The translations under genes were made by a program, and so were the position numbers. From the NCBI GenBank assembly GCA_900088475.1, contig FLMG01000516.1:74527-138526 (forward strand): DNA of 64,000 bases. Reading direction: 5' to 3'. This DNA comes from Hyphochytrium catenoides. Its lineage: Eukaryota > Protista > Hyphochytriomycota. This document shows, in pieces, positions 21,820 through 36,398 of this stretch (the first letter of the stretch is position 1; each line of letters begins with the position of its first letter). The notes below the pieces were generated by a model, which was given only the letters and a program-made list of their open reading frames with translations, was not told the DNA's origin and ran no database searches.

Positions 21820-22210
21820 AGAAAATGCGGAAGGGCAAGGGTTTTGTAGAGCTCGACGCTCTCACCGCTAGGGAAAGCTCCAGGGCTAGGGCCTGAGTGA
21901 GAGATAGATATCCAGCACAGTGAACTCTTAGAGAGACCGCGGCCTTGTGCTGCGCCCATTAACGGCGTGGAAGACAGGCTCCGCCAACTGTCGCAACGTG
22001 GAGAGAGTTGACGGCCACGAGGGTATCTCAGAATGAGAGAAGGACAGGCCCAGAAGCTCAGAGCTGGGGTTAGTCTGCAAAAATGCTGACAAAGATCAAA
22101 TCCCGACCCACAGGAAGTGGCTCAACAAGAAGCTCCAGCTCGCGACGGCGGCACTAACAATCTCAGGGATGGCTATCGAATAGTAGTCTAGGAGCATGAA
22201 CGCTCTACGG
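21820..22210 (-). mobile_element. Possible heavily decayed REL-type retrotransposon relic
   Basis: Reverse-strand fragments SAAV.AGASC/LVEP, DTLVAVNSLHVATVGGA, AQHK..., QALALE..SGESVELYKTLA loosely follow the REL motif order. Many stops and frameshifts. Confidence 0.3.
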
Positions 22211-22950
22211 GTCTCTAAAAGATCGCTCCCGTTGAAAAATAAACCGTTACGTAGAGGACAATAGACGGGGTAATATCAAAGAAAGAAGAACACTTTGCCG
22301 GATCAGCGGATGCAAGAAAGTGCAAGGCTAAACCCACGACTCAAAGGCTTATATATTCTTAGTTACCACCCAAGGTCGCTGCTGCATGAGTTAAGATTGA
22401 AAGTCTGACCATACATTTATCTTCTGATAAGCAACGTAATCCTCAACCCAAGAAGGGACGCAGATAAGCAATGACTGTATCTGTGAGATGAGGCTGGCGG
22501 AGGGAACGAGAAGATGGTCGCCTAGGCCATGCAGAAAGCTGATTAACGGACAGAGAAGAAAGAGAAAAGGCAGCTGCTGACGAGTAAAGAGAGTCGGCTG
22601 ACATTACAACGTGCAGGATTAGCATTGAGTCTATACCAAGGGCATGTGATTACGCAGAAGATGGCCGATGGCTTCGGTGAAGAGCATTGACAGACTGATG
22701 CACTTAACTGAATGAGCGACCCCATTCGCCCCCTTGATATCCCATCGTTCAGGCGTAGTAAGTGTGGAACTAATCAGGTTCGCTGGGATTGTATGTCCAT
22801 GTGGATGGAGCTTCCGAGGGCTCGGAAAAGAGCAATTGGGTTGCAGACCAGCCGCAGTGAAGTGCTATGCAAGTGTTCCGCTGCCGCTTCTCTTTATAGG
22901 GCTTGATCCAAGCGACTGCTCACAATGCATACCTCTTCGTCCTACTCTTC

Positions 22951-25900
22951 CTACCTAGGCGACCACATGCCCAAGCGAGTGTCAAACTGCATTCGAAGGT
23001 ACCGATAATAACGGTCATACAGCGCCTTGTCATGCTTCTTTACTGCCTCGTCGAGGGCGAGGAGAAGACCAGGCCAAATGAGAATAAGGACCCAAGCGAG
23101 CAGAGGCTGGTTATAGAGGAAGAGTCCAATCTCGAAGCCGTCAAAGGTGGTTCCGGATGTCCAGGCCAAAGAATAGAGGAACTACGACATAGCAAAGGGG
23201 CAGAGGTTACAGAGGGGACCAAGGAGAGAGAGAACGAGGGAAGGATGGGTGGCAGAGTTGTGTGCCAAACAGACGGCAAAAGACAGACAGGCAGCAGTGC
23301 GGTGGTCAATCATTTCCCCTTTCCTTTGTCTTCCTTTCTAGGTGCATCTTGTCTGCCTGTAAGGCCTTACAAACAAATTCTCTCCCCGTCTATCGTCCTG
23401 TACTGCCCACCACTTATCTTGACCAGCAGATACTCTTCGTCTGCTGGCTCTCCACTCTTCTTCTTTCAATCTCTCTGTCACTCTTTCTTTACTTCTCTTC
23501 TCCTCTCTTTCTCTCTCTCTCTCGCTCGCTCGCTCTCTCTCTCCTCCGTCCCTCTCCTTCGCGTTATCTTTCACTCTCTGCTATAATCTAATAGTCGCTC
23601 ACCTGTAAGATAATAACAGTGACCACAGTAGCCACCCATACTTTGTTTCTTGTCGGGTTCTCTACCCTGACACTTTCTGCTCTATACATAAAGCTAATAG
23701 ACGAAGAGCAGAGGGAGAGCACGAGGAGCATCAACATTGTGGCTTCGGCACGGATCATCGCGGCTTCCAAGCGTGGGGAGGCAGGCACTTTGCCATAAAG
23801 GTCTGTCTTATAAACCAACTGAAAACAGGAGAGCTTCTTTTCCTCAGGCTAGAGCAGGCGAAACGGCAAGGAGGGAGCAAGAGAGAGGGAGAGAGAGAGA
23901 GCGTCACTGAGCCGTCCAAAACCAAGGGAGAAGACTTAAATGTAAAGGATGCACAAGGCCACAGAGGAGGGGAAAGGACAGAGAGGTGCGCCAAGTAATA
24001 TGCCGATTGTGAGGAGATAGCCACAGAAAGAGGGTCATCGAACGAGAGGACAGAAAGGGGAAGAAAGGGATCTTACATCTGTGGCAGTAAGCGATAGCGA
24101 ATGAGCCATAACCCAGGAATAGAGGAATAGGCAGAGTAAGATGGTAGGCCCCATCCTTATCAAAAAGTAAAGCATAAAGCGGCCATTGTCCTCTCCCAGG
24201 TACTGATTCTTAGGGGGAGTGCGAGCCATGGCTCCTTTGTCTGCAGGAGAGGAGAGGAAAGAAAGAGAAAGAGAAGGAATGACGACCCAAAGAAGCCACA
24301 GCAGTGATATGCCGCTGATGGTCGCACTCTGGAGACAGAGCGTGGCATTAGAAATATACAGGGCTAGACACGCTTATCGGTTTTTCTCTGTCCTTCGAAA
24401 AGCTCTCTCTCCATATCTCTCTCTCTCTCTTTCTCTCTCTCCCTCCCTTTCACTCGCTCTTTCTCGCTATCTCTCTCCCCATCTTTTTATGCATAATATC
24501 TACTCCTAGTTTGATGATTTTGTGTACCTGCGGGACCGGCATCACCTCCGCCATCGTGAAAATCGACCCCACCGCCAATTGAGCAGCCAGACCAAAGAGC
24601 AGAGCTTGACGGTAGTTATAAAGTAAACGACGCCCTGTCGCGATGGAACAAGAGAGGATCGCAGGTAAGCAAGAGATACCAAGTCGGTCAATCGTGTATA
24701 GCACTAGAATATTGAAAAGGAAGTGTGCGTGTGGAGAGACGCAGAAGAGGGACACCCAAGAAAACGAGAGAGAGCGCGGGAAAGATAAAGCGCCATACGA
24801 TCCAATATGAAGACTCTTTTCCTACCGGATCTGATGAAAGTGATTAGAGGAAGCAATCGAGGTTGCCCTTCCCTTCCTCCATCCACAGTGATAGCACAGG
24901 CCATCGTGTTTAGGTAGGCACTGAGAGCCAAATCAGCAGCACTCAGGGCTGGTGCAGAGGCAGTCTATGTAGGCGTAAGCAAGAGAAGGTGAGTAGCGAA
25001 CATGGATAGCTAATGGCAGAGCAGCAAACTAGCAGGTGACCGCGTCCACCAAGTAAGTGATTAGAGAGATAGAGAGACGATCAAGAGAGCTGGTAATGAA
25101 GAGCTGCGCATGAAGCTGGAATTGGAAGTAAGACTACGACCCGATGGCCCGGGCAAGACATCAACCGTGAAGACCGGTACGGGCGTTAGTGGAAGAGGTT
25201 ACCTGCGGAAATAGCACTTCATGTAAGGTCCTAGGCTGTCCATGCATGGCGATGGCGACATCTGCCTGCTCAAAAAGGGGAGCATTTGAAGCACGGAGAG
25301 CACTACCTACTGTGCAGACAACCTGCAGGAAAGATGAACCGGTAAGACACAGCGACAAAGGCGGGCACTTAAGCCGAATGACGCGTGGGGACAGTGACTA
25401 GATGAGTAGAGAACAGTGTGTCATTGACTCCTGAGAGCTGAGTGTAGAGGTATGTAAGCGATAACTCAATCACAGCAGAGCAACATGTACTAAGTCTGAC
25501 CTCGTGATTCTCTTGAAATATCTTAAGAACTTCAAGGATGTCATTTTGCGTAGAGTCTGTGTACAATGAGACAAGGAGTGGGACGTTGTCTACCTCCTCG
25601 AGGTGCTTTCGAATAGCTGCAGTGCCTGTTAGCGGAAAAGATCACACGCAGAGAGGGAGAGAGTGAAGGCGAGAGATACGTCAGTCAATGGTACGCAGCC
25701 TGCGGAAGATTTTAGAGATGAAAGGTAAACTTGAAAAGGGAAGCGTTGGAGCAAGAGACAGTTATATCCTGCCGGGTTGACACCATCTGTGCGTTCCTTA
25801 CCGTGAGGTAGCCTGGCCTTCACAATCCAATCTGAATAGTTTGAGGTCATTCGGTGAGGATCCGGCTGGCCACTACCATCTAGAGGTCTGAGAGAGATGG

Positions 25901-28900
25901 CGCAATTCCAGTCCGTCTCGATGCCCATCTTCTCCACCAGTGGCTTGCTACGGCGCATGTTCCGAGGGCTAAAGTATACGAACCTTATACCTGTTAGCAG
26001 TCATATGAGGCGACGCGGTGGGAGATAGTAGGTACACGAAAGGGAGAAGAAAGGAAAGAGGTAACTTCACGGGCAGGGAAAGGAAAACCCATTACACTCC
26101 AACGAGGCGGTGGTGCGGGTGTAGGGAGGCAAAAGGGTTTTGAGTCGGAAAGATCCTGCCTATCCGTGACCCTCTGTCCCGCCAAGATACTGAGTATTGA
26201 GGGAACTAAGAGTCTGCCGACAGGTCCTTGGACACAACCCGACACTTGGAAGGGAAAAAACAGACGGGAAGCTTGCGTATGTACCTGAGGCCCTTAGGTC
26301 TTCATATAACTGCGCCACTTCAATCTTCGGTTGAGCAGAAGATGCAGCCATTCCTTCAGAAGTATTGCGGAAGCCGACGGTGATTAGGCAAACTTATCTC
26401 CATGTATTTTCTAAGACATTTGGCAGCGTCACTCTTCATCCTCCTTCTTCCCTGGCCGCCTCCTTTCTGCCCTCGCTTCCCTCCCTCTGGCCGATGCAAT
26501 ATCTATCTTTTTGAATCTCCGAGCTCGGCTACCAACCGGATACCTAGAAAGATTTGATTATCCTGAAGTTTGGACAGCTCCTGAAGCCAGTTCCTCGATA
26601 AGAGTTCAGGATCTGCAGATCCCATGCTGCGTCGGCCTATTCACACAATCGTGAGACTACAGATAGCGATTAAAGTGAAGCGGCGAGCACCACAACGTCC
26701 TTCATCTATCCAGTTTTCTAACTTCAAGCTAATCCAGCAAGCGAAGCGCTCCTGCCTTTATAAGTAACGGCCTTATCTTGGTGAGGGAGGCGATGCATCT
26801 GATGTCTCACCTCTAACTGGCGAGTACGCGGTCCGATGATCTTTGGCCAGATTTAGAGATCGAGTCCGACGGAAAGGGTCTGTGAGGTCGTCTTGATGGT
26901 CCTTCGGATAGAACATATGTGAGCGCCTTACGCCTCGAAACCTCTATTATAAACCCACTTCAGATCATGTATGTTGCTACGTTTCTCTTTTACTCTGACA
27001 ACCTGGTCCGAGGTAAGATCCCTCTACAGCTGGCCTATAAAACAAGAGAGGTGGTCCTGCTATGACACCTTACCCTCTGGTCGGGCTCCGATGGCATGGA
27101 CAGAGTGCTGGCAACCACGGCCAGTCGTGGGAAGGTAGGCCACTGTTCCTCCTTTGTTAGCTCAGGATTACTGGAGGAACGGCGGATATTTGCTTCTGAG
27201 TTGGGCCCTTTAGATTGCAGAGAGAACAAAGAGAACAACCATAAGAGTGGCATAACCTTAGCCCACGAAGACATGCTATGCAGAGACAAGGAAGATGGAA
27301 CTCACAACATGAAGGTGAAGTAAAGCCCTCAGCAAAAGCGTTGGAGGGGTGCTTCAATGGGGTGCTTTAGCGGGTTCGTGAAGCTAATCTTACCGTCCGC
27401 GTAGAGTCCGTTACTATCACTTTCCACCAAGTAGACAGGGGGTAGCATTTCCCCCCGTGGACCTGTTAGGCACAGAAGAGAGCTCTACCTCGAGTCCTTA
27501 TCTCAGTCATACCAGGCGACTCATTACCTTCCAAGTACTTATAATAGCGCGCAGGGATAGGGCTGTAGGAGAAAGCCTGTAAGATGAAAAAGGTGAGGGA
27601 GGACCTTTCCAAATAGTCTTGCAAAAGTTTAAAAACTGCAACAAAAGCATTCCGAAATCGCTAACAAGAGGGATGTCTGAGAAGTCGCAGGCAAGCTATG
27701 GGAGAAGGCTGTCTGCAGAGGGGAGAGGGTATAGCGCAAGGAGCATATACGAAGAATTTGCCCTATTGGGCGAACTCTTGCCCAGAGCGCTTTCTCGAAG
27801 ACAATCCGCAAAGCACCAATAGCATTAAAGACAGGCCACAAGATGCAGATGGGTGTGCGGAAGAGAAGGATTGCCAGCAAGGGTAAGCCACCAGTCACGC
27901 TAGGGAAGAAGTGCAGGTACTTTTCACCTACCACACATTCAAAGTCTTCAAGCCTCCACTGATTGTATATCTCAGTAATGGACCGGCGTCCCTCGGCGCT
28001 GATGGGACATATTGACCGTCCATCCCAGAACTCTGAGCAGTGGGCAGCTACGATCCTCGGGTGACCCTTCGACAGCATCTGAAATCCCTCTGTGGAAAAA
28101 CAGAACTCAAAATGACCCTAGTCTGGCTCATTGAGAAATCGCTAGCGGAAGAAGGATGCAAACGGCACGCAGGAACGAAGTCAAGGTGTTGGATCAGTCT
28201 ACCTGATCTGGAGTCCAACACGATGGTCGAGGAGAAGTGGGACCTCAAGTTGGCTCTTAGCCTCGAGTCCTCGAAGCCTTGAGCGTGAGTATCTTCCGTG
28301 TGCTCTGCGTATGCCAGAGTCGGTGATACACGGTGTAGCACCTGCCGTGGGTAGAAGAAGCGGAGATCCTCTGCGCAAAAGCCTATTTCCCTGTAAAGGA
28401 TGAAGTGAGGTCTGTAAATAGGAAGGAGTCCTGCACCGTCAGCACATACAAGAATCTACCGCGGGAGATCAAGCAGATACGTAGGTGAAAGTCCTGCAAG
28501 AAAGGGCTGTCCAAGGATTAAGGGACACAAGAAAGACATAAGACGATAGCATCAGGAGCCCTTGAGCAGCTGAAATTGTTCACACTAGATGGGATGTAGA
28601 TTCAGACCTTGCTAAATGCGTGAGGTACTCTTGGCTCGGGAGGTTCCTCACATGGGCAGAGAGCATGCGCATCGCTTTTGCTATCTTGTCGCCTTCTTCC
28701 GTTGGCAGTTGCGGAGGTGGTCTGAAGAAGCCACCCGCTGGAGGCGAGCGGAGGCGAAACGGACCAGGAAGTCTGCGGTGTACAAACAGATTCAGACACG
28801 GCGGTCAGCCGTAGTAAAAAGCAAACGACGAGTCAAACTATTGAAGAATATAAAGGAACTTCAGTACAGAATGAGAAGCCCGACCATCAACCATAATCCC

Positions 28901-31900
28901 AAAATGTTGCAGAGGATGATATCCTCAACTCGGGAAGGAGGAGGAGGAAGGAGGAGAGGAGAGGATGATGTCGAATTGCCAAGGGATCAGGATGCTTGAT
29001 AGCCAAAAAGAGGAACTTTCCTGCTTGAAAAACCTCTATCAGGCGTCTGGTGGACTTGATTGGTGATGAGGCTGCATAGTCCTAAAGGTTTTAGAGATGG
29101 TAGATAGTTCATCCAGGCAGGGTCCTCAAACCTAATTCAGATAAAGCCAGGGCCGAAGAGTGACAGAAGGGAGAAGAGAGGTGTCGACAGTGAGATGTAG
29201 GCTTAAAGAAGTACGGAACCCTAAGAATATGTAAGTGTAAGGATGGAGATGAAGCTCCAGGCTTGCCACCCAAGCGGGTGCAAGTTAACCAAGACAAAAA
29301 GATGACGGAACGCATAGCCCATTCAAGAACACAGCCAACAACTCCAAAAGAGGGAGAAAACGGCTACCTTACGCCTGTTTGGCTCTCTTTATCGACATGC
29401 AGGTCCAGAACGACAGATGCACCCTGGTTATCCTTCAATATAAATACCTCCTCTGGGGCAGGGTCTGGCTCACAGACCACGTCGTCATCTGTACAGCATA
29501 GCACTGTGATGGACCCTAAACGTTCCAGGAGCTTTGAGGATTGAAAAGGAATAGGAAGGAGAGGTCTCTCTGGCTGTGGATCGGCCTGTCTCTCTCCCAG
29601 TAAGCGATCCCCCTCCCCACTTTGAGGAGAGTTCGGAAGAGGCCCTGCCAAGGGCGAGACTACACTCGGAGAGCTCTCGCAGGTACCATAATGGTTCGCA
29701 GGGTGTGGGTATCTTGATGGAGACGAACTTCCGGCTCTTCTTATCTCGTCCAATGCTCTACGGGCAGCAAAGCCCGGACCATGAGCTGCACTGCATGGGC
29801 CAGTTCTAAAGCGCAATGTGGTCCAAAAATACCGCCAAAGACGGCGCTTAGAGATTTCATGGTGGGTTTTAGACCTGCGTCATATAAGTAAGGGTCGAAG
29901 CTAGTAGTTAGAGCATACGTGACACTGGGCACAGAGGTATGCAATAGAGCATCTGAGGGAAAATACCGATCACGTCAGCGCACTATAGATGCCCCACAGG
30001 TCACCCACAACGCGCTGAGTATGTAGGGCTACGAAGGGAACGAAAGACGAGAATTGGAAGCCAGACAAGGAAAGAGAGTAACCAAGAAAGGTGTCCCTAC
30101 ATAGCAATCTGTCTCTCTTCAAAGTCCACTTCATCATATTCGTCCACCGAGATGCCGTCACGACTTTCCTCCTCTTCGGCCTCGCCTATTCTGCTGCTTT
30201 CCGATCCCTGATGATGCTGATGATCCAGCAAGGACTCCAATAGAACGAGTAAATGGGCGGTGCTAATAGCCTCACCGATAAGCAACGCTAGAGAAGTAAG
30301 TGTGTCATATTAGGGATGGGCAAGGGCGTAAACAAGGCGGTACACTTGAAGTACCCCTTCTTTCTGCTAAAAAGAAGCCAAGACCTTCTTGAACAAAGAG
30401 ACCCCAATATACAATCGAGCATCGTCCAAAAGCATCGGATGGAGAGGAAAGGGGCCACCGAGCAGAGAGCTTACCCGTCGGTAGCGGTAGCATTAGGAAG
30501 CAGAGCGCCAAGTGGACAGGCTGTGCGAGGAGTTCTTCTCCCCAGTCCACTCGGAATTTCAAGAGAAGAACTCGGAGCAGCGTCGCAGCTAGAAATATTA
30601 GCATAAACAAGGTGCCAAGCCGCTGGAGCCACCACCGAGCGGCCTTCATCTGCTTCCCAATTAGGGGTTGGGGTCTCTTAGGCGGAGATAGGGACTCTAG
30701 TATATTCTTGGTGACGGGGGTTTCCAGCATCTGGTACAGACGCATGTCTCCGCAGAGACTAACAATCAGAGCGGGATCTCTCCCGATGTCGATGCCAGTG
30801 CCAGGAGCGAGAGGAGAGTGACGAAGACTTGGAACTCTATCACCTATGAAAGCAATATAAATTAAACACTAGGCGAAGTGACCATGGGTGCAGCGAGATT
30901 GGCGAATGGAAGGAGTTCGAGGGCGAGATGTGAGAAAGTGTAGGGAATGACATGGAAGACATTGTCAGAAGCCAAAAGTTATATGACCTCTCTTGATGCG
31001 TACATCCGACGCATTCAGCTGGTCCTTTAATCCTAAGGCCACTGCGTCTCCAGGCGCAACATCACCGCTGATAAGTGCGATGACATCTCCTTCTACCAGA
31101 AGATTCATAGGCATGCGCTAAACAAGGGAAGCCCCAAGAGAGTGGACGGTGATCAAGGCAGGTAGTCGGGCGTGGGAGAGCATAAGTGCCAGAGAGACCA
31201 ACAGAGAGAAAGTGTTGATGTAGCGCTGAAGAACAAACCATAGAATAACAGGAGACTTTCAAACACCTAGACACTAGTAATGCCTTGGACATCAGGCGAC
31301 TATGGAACTAAGGAAATAAGAGAGAGACGTGTCAACGTCAAGGTAATGGCAATAACGCTGGCATAAAGAGTTTATGCTGTACCCGCGACCCTTCTGTCGG
31401 AGGGATTCGGTGGTGGTTGCTTTCAACAACAGCGAGCCACAGCTGCAGACATACCTGCCAGGTTCCGTCTCTAAGAACTGCAACATAGGAAGTAGACGGA
31501 CTGAGGACTGTCTGGCCTCCTTTACCACGACTCTCACTCTCTTCCATATCATCTAAGAAGCTGAGGATGGACGCATGCACTCTCTCTGCTATCTCGCACT
31601 GGCTTCTGAGAGAGGAAGTGACGGCTAACCAGAGGTTGAGCAGGTTGTTGAGGATGAGCACGGCGACCTCAACTATCATATGAATCTGACGAGGGTTCAG
31701 ATGGTAGCCCATTAAGAGAAGAATAGCCGATATGAGGAGGAGCCACCTAAGAAGAGACCAGGCGACCCCAAAGAGAGAGCAGCTTAGAGTTAGAGAGAAT
31801 AGAGTATGGACAGACCAACAGAGCTGTACCAATCATGCTTAGCATACATTCCAGGGCAGGAAGAAGGAACAGTACTGGGGTTGGATAAGATACCCCGGCT

Positions 31901-32668
31901 AGAGGGTTGAAAGGTGGAGAGACTACCAAGAAGTGACGAAGGGAAATGCCGAAGGGAGAAAAGAGAAAGTAAGTAACACTCAGAACTTTTCAAGGTCTGC
32001 CCCGTTGGGACGGACGACTAGAGGATCAGTTCTCTTTTCGCAGTTGCTCAAGGTGGCTAAAGTAAAGCAAAGTAACGCTATCATAGACTCAAATATAGAG
32101 CAATGGGAGGACAGACAAGGTTTGGAAGCGATGAAAAGCAATGGCCTTGAGCTGCATACAGTGCAAGGTGCACAGAGGCAGTAGCCCTTCTTCCGCCGTT
32201 ACGTTCATGAGAGATTGTGACGCAAGGCAAAGGAAAGGACCAAGCACGCTTTCCCTACCTGGATGGTTCGCTCATTTTTTCTCTCCAGATCGTGGACTCC
32301 AGCTTCTGCCTCCTGGCACTGTCATCTACACAATCCAGCACTGCCTGGACGAGAGCATCTCGCGCCTGGGGGGAGGACAGTCCTAGCCCGTCCACGGTCT
32401 CTTTCTGTAGAAAGTATACCATGCTTACGGTAAGAGGTAAACAAAGTTCTGATATCAGATGCTGCTTGTAGAACGCCCTTACCTGACCCTCCGTCCGTGG
32501 GGATTCTACCTTGAAGGGGTTCTGAGCATTTGGAGATGGGCGTGGAGACGCCTGATAAGAATGCCGTCTTGGCTTTGGAGGATGCCCAGGGCTGGAGGCC
32601 GGAGTTTCATTGGAGAAGGGCCGCAGGGCCTGGGCAGGCCGAACTGTGATAGAAATCTCGTCCGCCAT
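22951..32668 (-). CDS. TMEM94: Transmembrane protein 94 (KIAA0195; P-type-ATPase-like ER membrane protein), more than 20 exons
   Basis: Spliced motifs in the expected order: LGLSSPQARDAL, VLRDGTWQRMPMNLLVEGDVIAL, LLERLGSITVLCCTD, FEDPAWMNYLPSLKPLGL, QIFLGM, GIRFVYFS, EKMGIETDWNCAISL, ARLPHG..IRKHLEEVDNVPLLVSLYTD, QENHEVVCTVGS, GRRLLYNYRQ. C-terminus LRMQFDTRLGMWSPR*. Not every internal junction was checked. Confidence 0.92.
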
Positions 32669-35600
32669 CTTAAAAGAGACAAATTACTCTAGGTCTAGCA
32701 GACGAAGCATGAAGAGACACAGGCCAAAGAGGCGGATGATAGACCGCTTGGTGAGAGCTATCTTGGACATGCAAGCATTGCTGGCGGTAGGCTTAGTTCA
32801 TGAAGTACACGAGGGCAGAAAGTAGGTGATCAATAGCTCAAGCTTGACATAAACTGGCACTTAGATGATGAAAGGGTTTGGCCACAGCAAGATTAACTAC
32901 ACACTTCCTGTCCGGGTATGAGCAAGGAAGACCCTTCTGCTGCTGCTGCGTCAGCGTCGGCGTCGGCGGCGTTAAGCGGCAACCAAGCACTAGGAGCAGC
33001 GTCAGCAGCAGCAAGATCAACAGCGACAAGGCGAGGAGCAGCGGTGCAGCAGCAGATTCTTCGTCTTGCAAAAGATTTCAGACAACCTCTCCTCTCTCAA
33101 AAACAATTCAATAAGAATTCAGATTTTATTCCATTCTCTACATTCTTGAATAAGATCTTCTGAATCTTACCAAGTTTATGCCTCATTATGCGGGATAGAT
33201 ATAGACCATTTATCTTCATGGAATTGCAAGAAAAGATTTAAAATAGGGCTTATTTGTACAATAACACAGATCCGTAGATCGAGTCTCTGCACGCATTTTT
33301 TCATCTTCTGCCAGACTGGAAGAGAAAGCAAGAGAATCTTCGTCTGAGGTCTTCAGAAGACGATAAGGCCGATGATCGGATGAAGTGAGCCAGTTCACTG
33401 TCTCCTGCTGCCTGCGTGGCTTGACTTCTCCTTGTGCCTGGACTGCAGCTCTACAGGAATGTGTCTTTGAGGAGGAAGATTTGGAAGACTTGATAGGTCA
33501 AGCGCCATGGTTGCCTAGTCATGACGGACCAAGAAGCGCCCGCGTCGGCAGCGCCAGCTACCTCCCAGGAATACGGAGACGGGACTCGCTATCATTTAGA
33601 CTCCAGGAGCAATGGGCAGAGGGAGAGAACCGTAGCGACAAAACCCAAAGAGCTCCTTCTTAACTTTTGAGCGTGTGGCGTTCCAATATTACTGGGTTCT
33701 TGCCTCTAAAGTCCTCGTGAATGTTTGCTGACCAGCGCAAAGCGAAGAAGATGGTGCTGAGGTTCATGCTCTTCTTTGATGGACCTAGTCAGTGGACCAT
33801 CAGAAGAGTGAGAAGAAAGAAAATGCACCGACTAAATGAAAGCCCCCTCACCAGTAAGCGTTGCAGAATGGATCTGCATCGACACCTCCGCAGCTTATGC
33901 TGTATAGAGTCAACTATATGAATGATCTTCGCTCTCCTGGTGGACGACGTCCATTGTGGGATGGCTGCCATCGCCTTTCCTTCTTCCCAGTTGGCTCTTT
34001 CTTCTTACTAGGAGGACAGCTGCTTTTCTCTTCTATAGTATCCGAGGCATCATCCTCTAGTCTTCATCTCTCTTTGCGTGTTCACCACTCGCCGGATCCT
34101 TATAAATATCCTTTGTCAACATACAGATTTCCGAGAGACTCTGTTCCCGCTTCTCAAGCTATTCTTTGAGTCAGCAGGAGAAAGACAACAATGGGGTATG
34201 GCCATGGAAGGTCAGACCACTGCAGGGTTTGCTCTCGGCCTCTGCCCTTCTGGAGATTTCTCCTTAACTTCGAAGCTTGTCTCTAATCTTCCTCTTCTCT
34301 CGAGATCTCTGCGTGAACCGGACGTTACCGTCAGCTATAGACGCTGGTAGGCTTATGGGACATATCGGCACCATGGCCAAACTCTTCAGTGCCCAAGAGT
34401 ATCAGAATTCCTTTGAATACGGATGCTGGAGATCAAGAAATGATCCAAATAGAGTAAGGAAAGGACATGAGGCCATTGGAAGCGGGAAGAGACCACACTT
34501 CTCGGAGAGTTTTTGAGAGAACCCCGACCTTAGAGAGCGTGCCAGGGTCCACGGTGGGCACGATGTTCAACAAGTGTCCTTACTCTTACGTAGACGTGTC
34601 TGTATGGCAAGGGAGCTCATTTTGGAAGAAACAGAGAAGTTCAGATAAGGCTCTATGAGAGTTATCTGCCACGATAGACGTAGACCACTAAGGACGACGT
34701 GGAGAGTCAGCAGCCCTTGCAAAGGTGCTAGGCTGTGGGTCTTTATAAGGTTACTAGCGCCTCTCTGCACATCTACTCCATCTTTTTCTTGGTGTCCTTC
34801 TCGTCCTGGTGGTTCTTCTTCTGGAGATTGAAAAAGATCGCCAGCAGCACGAAGACGATAGATACCATGCAGACATGCGTGAAGTTGAACTTGAACTGAG
34901 ATGGCTTCCCTATGGGACACAAGTGCACGGATTTGAGCAAACGAGGAAGGTCTCGCAAGTCAAAGGCTTTCGCATAGTATCCTTTCTCCCGTCCGCGGCA
35001 TCTTCTACAGCTGCCTGTCTTTGTTCATCTTTCACCACGGCTCCACTTACCGAACATAGCTTCAATCCCTGTGTTCGCAAACTCCAGCGCTGCAGAGAGG
35101 AAGGCATGCTCCTGTCAGCAAGAATGTACCAGCAGCAGAAGAGATAGATATGACGGGGCATACCTGGTTGCAAGGACTTGACTACGGCATTACTTCTGTA
35201 CCTGGTACCAACTGGGGACCAAGCCGCGATTAGAAGCTAGTCAATTATAGAAAAAAAAGCAAAGGGACGATGCTAGAAGGGATCACTACTCAGAAGTGCA
35301 CCGGAGTGATGGGGGAAAGGGAAGAGTCCATTGAAATGCTGGGGCTGTACGCTGCTGGCGAGCTGATTACCGGTGCTGAGAGCCTTGATCATGTTCTGGA
35401 AGTTAAGAAGCGAGAGTCCCGAGATAAGGAAGATGAAGGGAGGCAGGAGGAGCACCTGCGGCACAGTGAGATTGAGCAACATCTTTCCTGGGCCATAAAA
35501 TGAGAGAAAGACAGGTGACAAAAGGCAGGGACAATGGATGGTTAGACTACGTATCCATCGCTATTAAACCTCTTCTTAGCCATTCAAACCTTGGACGGCG

Positions 35601-36398
35601 TGTGAGATGCGACTCTGCTCGCTTTCGTCTGATAGTTGGCCGGGATGGCAATGAAGGCTGGAAAAGAAGAAGCTGACAGGCGTGCGGTAGCGAGAATTCT
35701 GATCTCTGAGAGCTCTTTCTGAGCTTTGCGCTGTCTCTGAAGATCTCTACTTCCTCACCAGCGCACTGCCACGTCTCCACTCCTGACAAAGACCGCTAAC
35801 CGCCCTCACAGAGCCGGTACTCGCCAGGATTCAGAGCTTCATCATCGAAATGGAATCTCCACAAGAGGCTTGGACTTGCGGGACAATGAGGCGATGAGGC
35901 CACGAACTTTGGCGGTGGACTGTGATCAAGAACCTGCTGCTGTGCCTTATACTTTGGAGGACGACGAGCGACGTCATCAGTGGCCAAGCTTCTGTCAAAT
36001 GCTGTGGAGTTCGCCTTTATTACTCACTATCTGCCTTGTAATAGCGTCAATATATTGATTGTCCCCACCAAAATCGGCGTCCTCTTGCCCGCTACGATGA
36101 TCTGATCGCCGCTGATGAGTTATTCCATTCTTCAAAGGTTGTCATGAGGGACAGAGATGTTCACGCGCTGGACTCCTGGAGCCAGCCAAGGCTCTAAGCA
36201 AAGGGCACTCGACGACACCAGAGATGCAAACAGTTAGCTATCCTTCTCCTCAACTCGGCATGGGATGCTATTCAGGGGCGATCAGGCTAAGAAGAGTATA
36301 AGACATCAGACATTGTATGTACAAGGAAGTCTGGAAAGGCAGAAGACCAAATAGCTCTGCTCATAGATAGAACCCGCCCTCTTCACTGTTAGTCATTC

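Noticed and set aside
24241-24328. CT-rich tract ending in CAG (minus strand) as a splice acceptor
   Set aside because: It is coding (SLLWLLWVVIPSLSLSFLSSPADKGAM in TMEM94). The phase-compatible acceptor is at 24329-24330.
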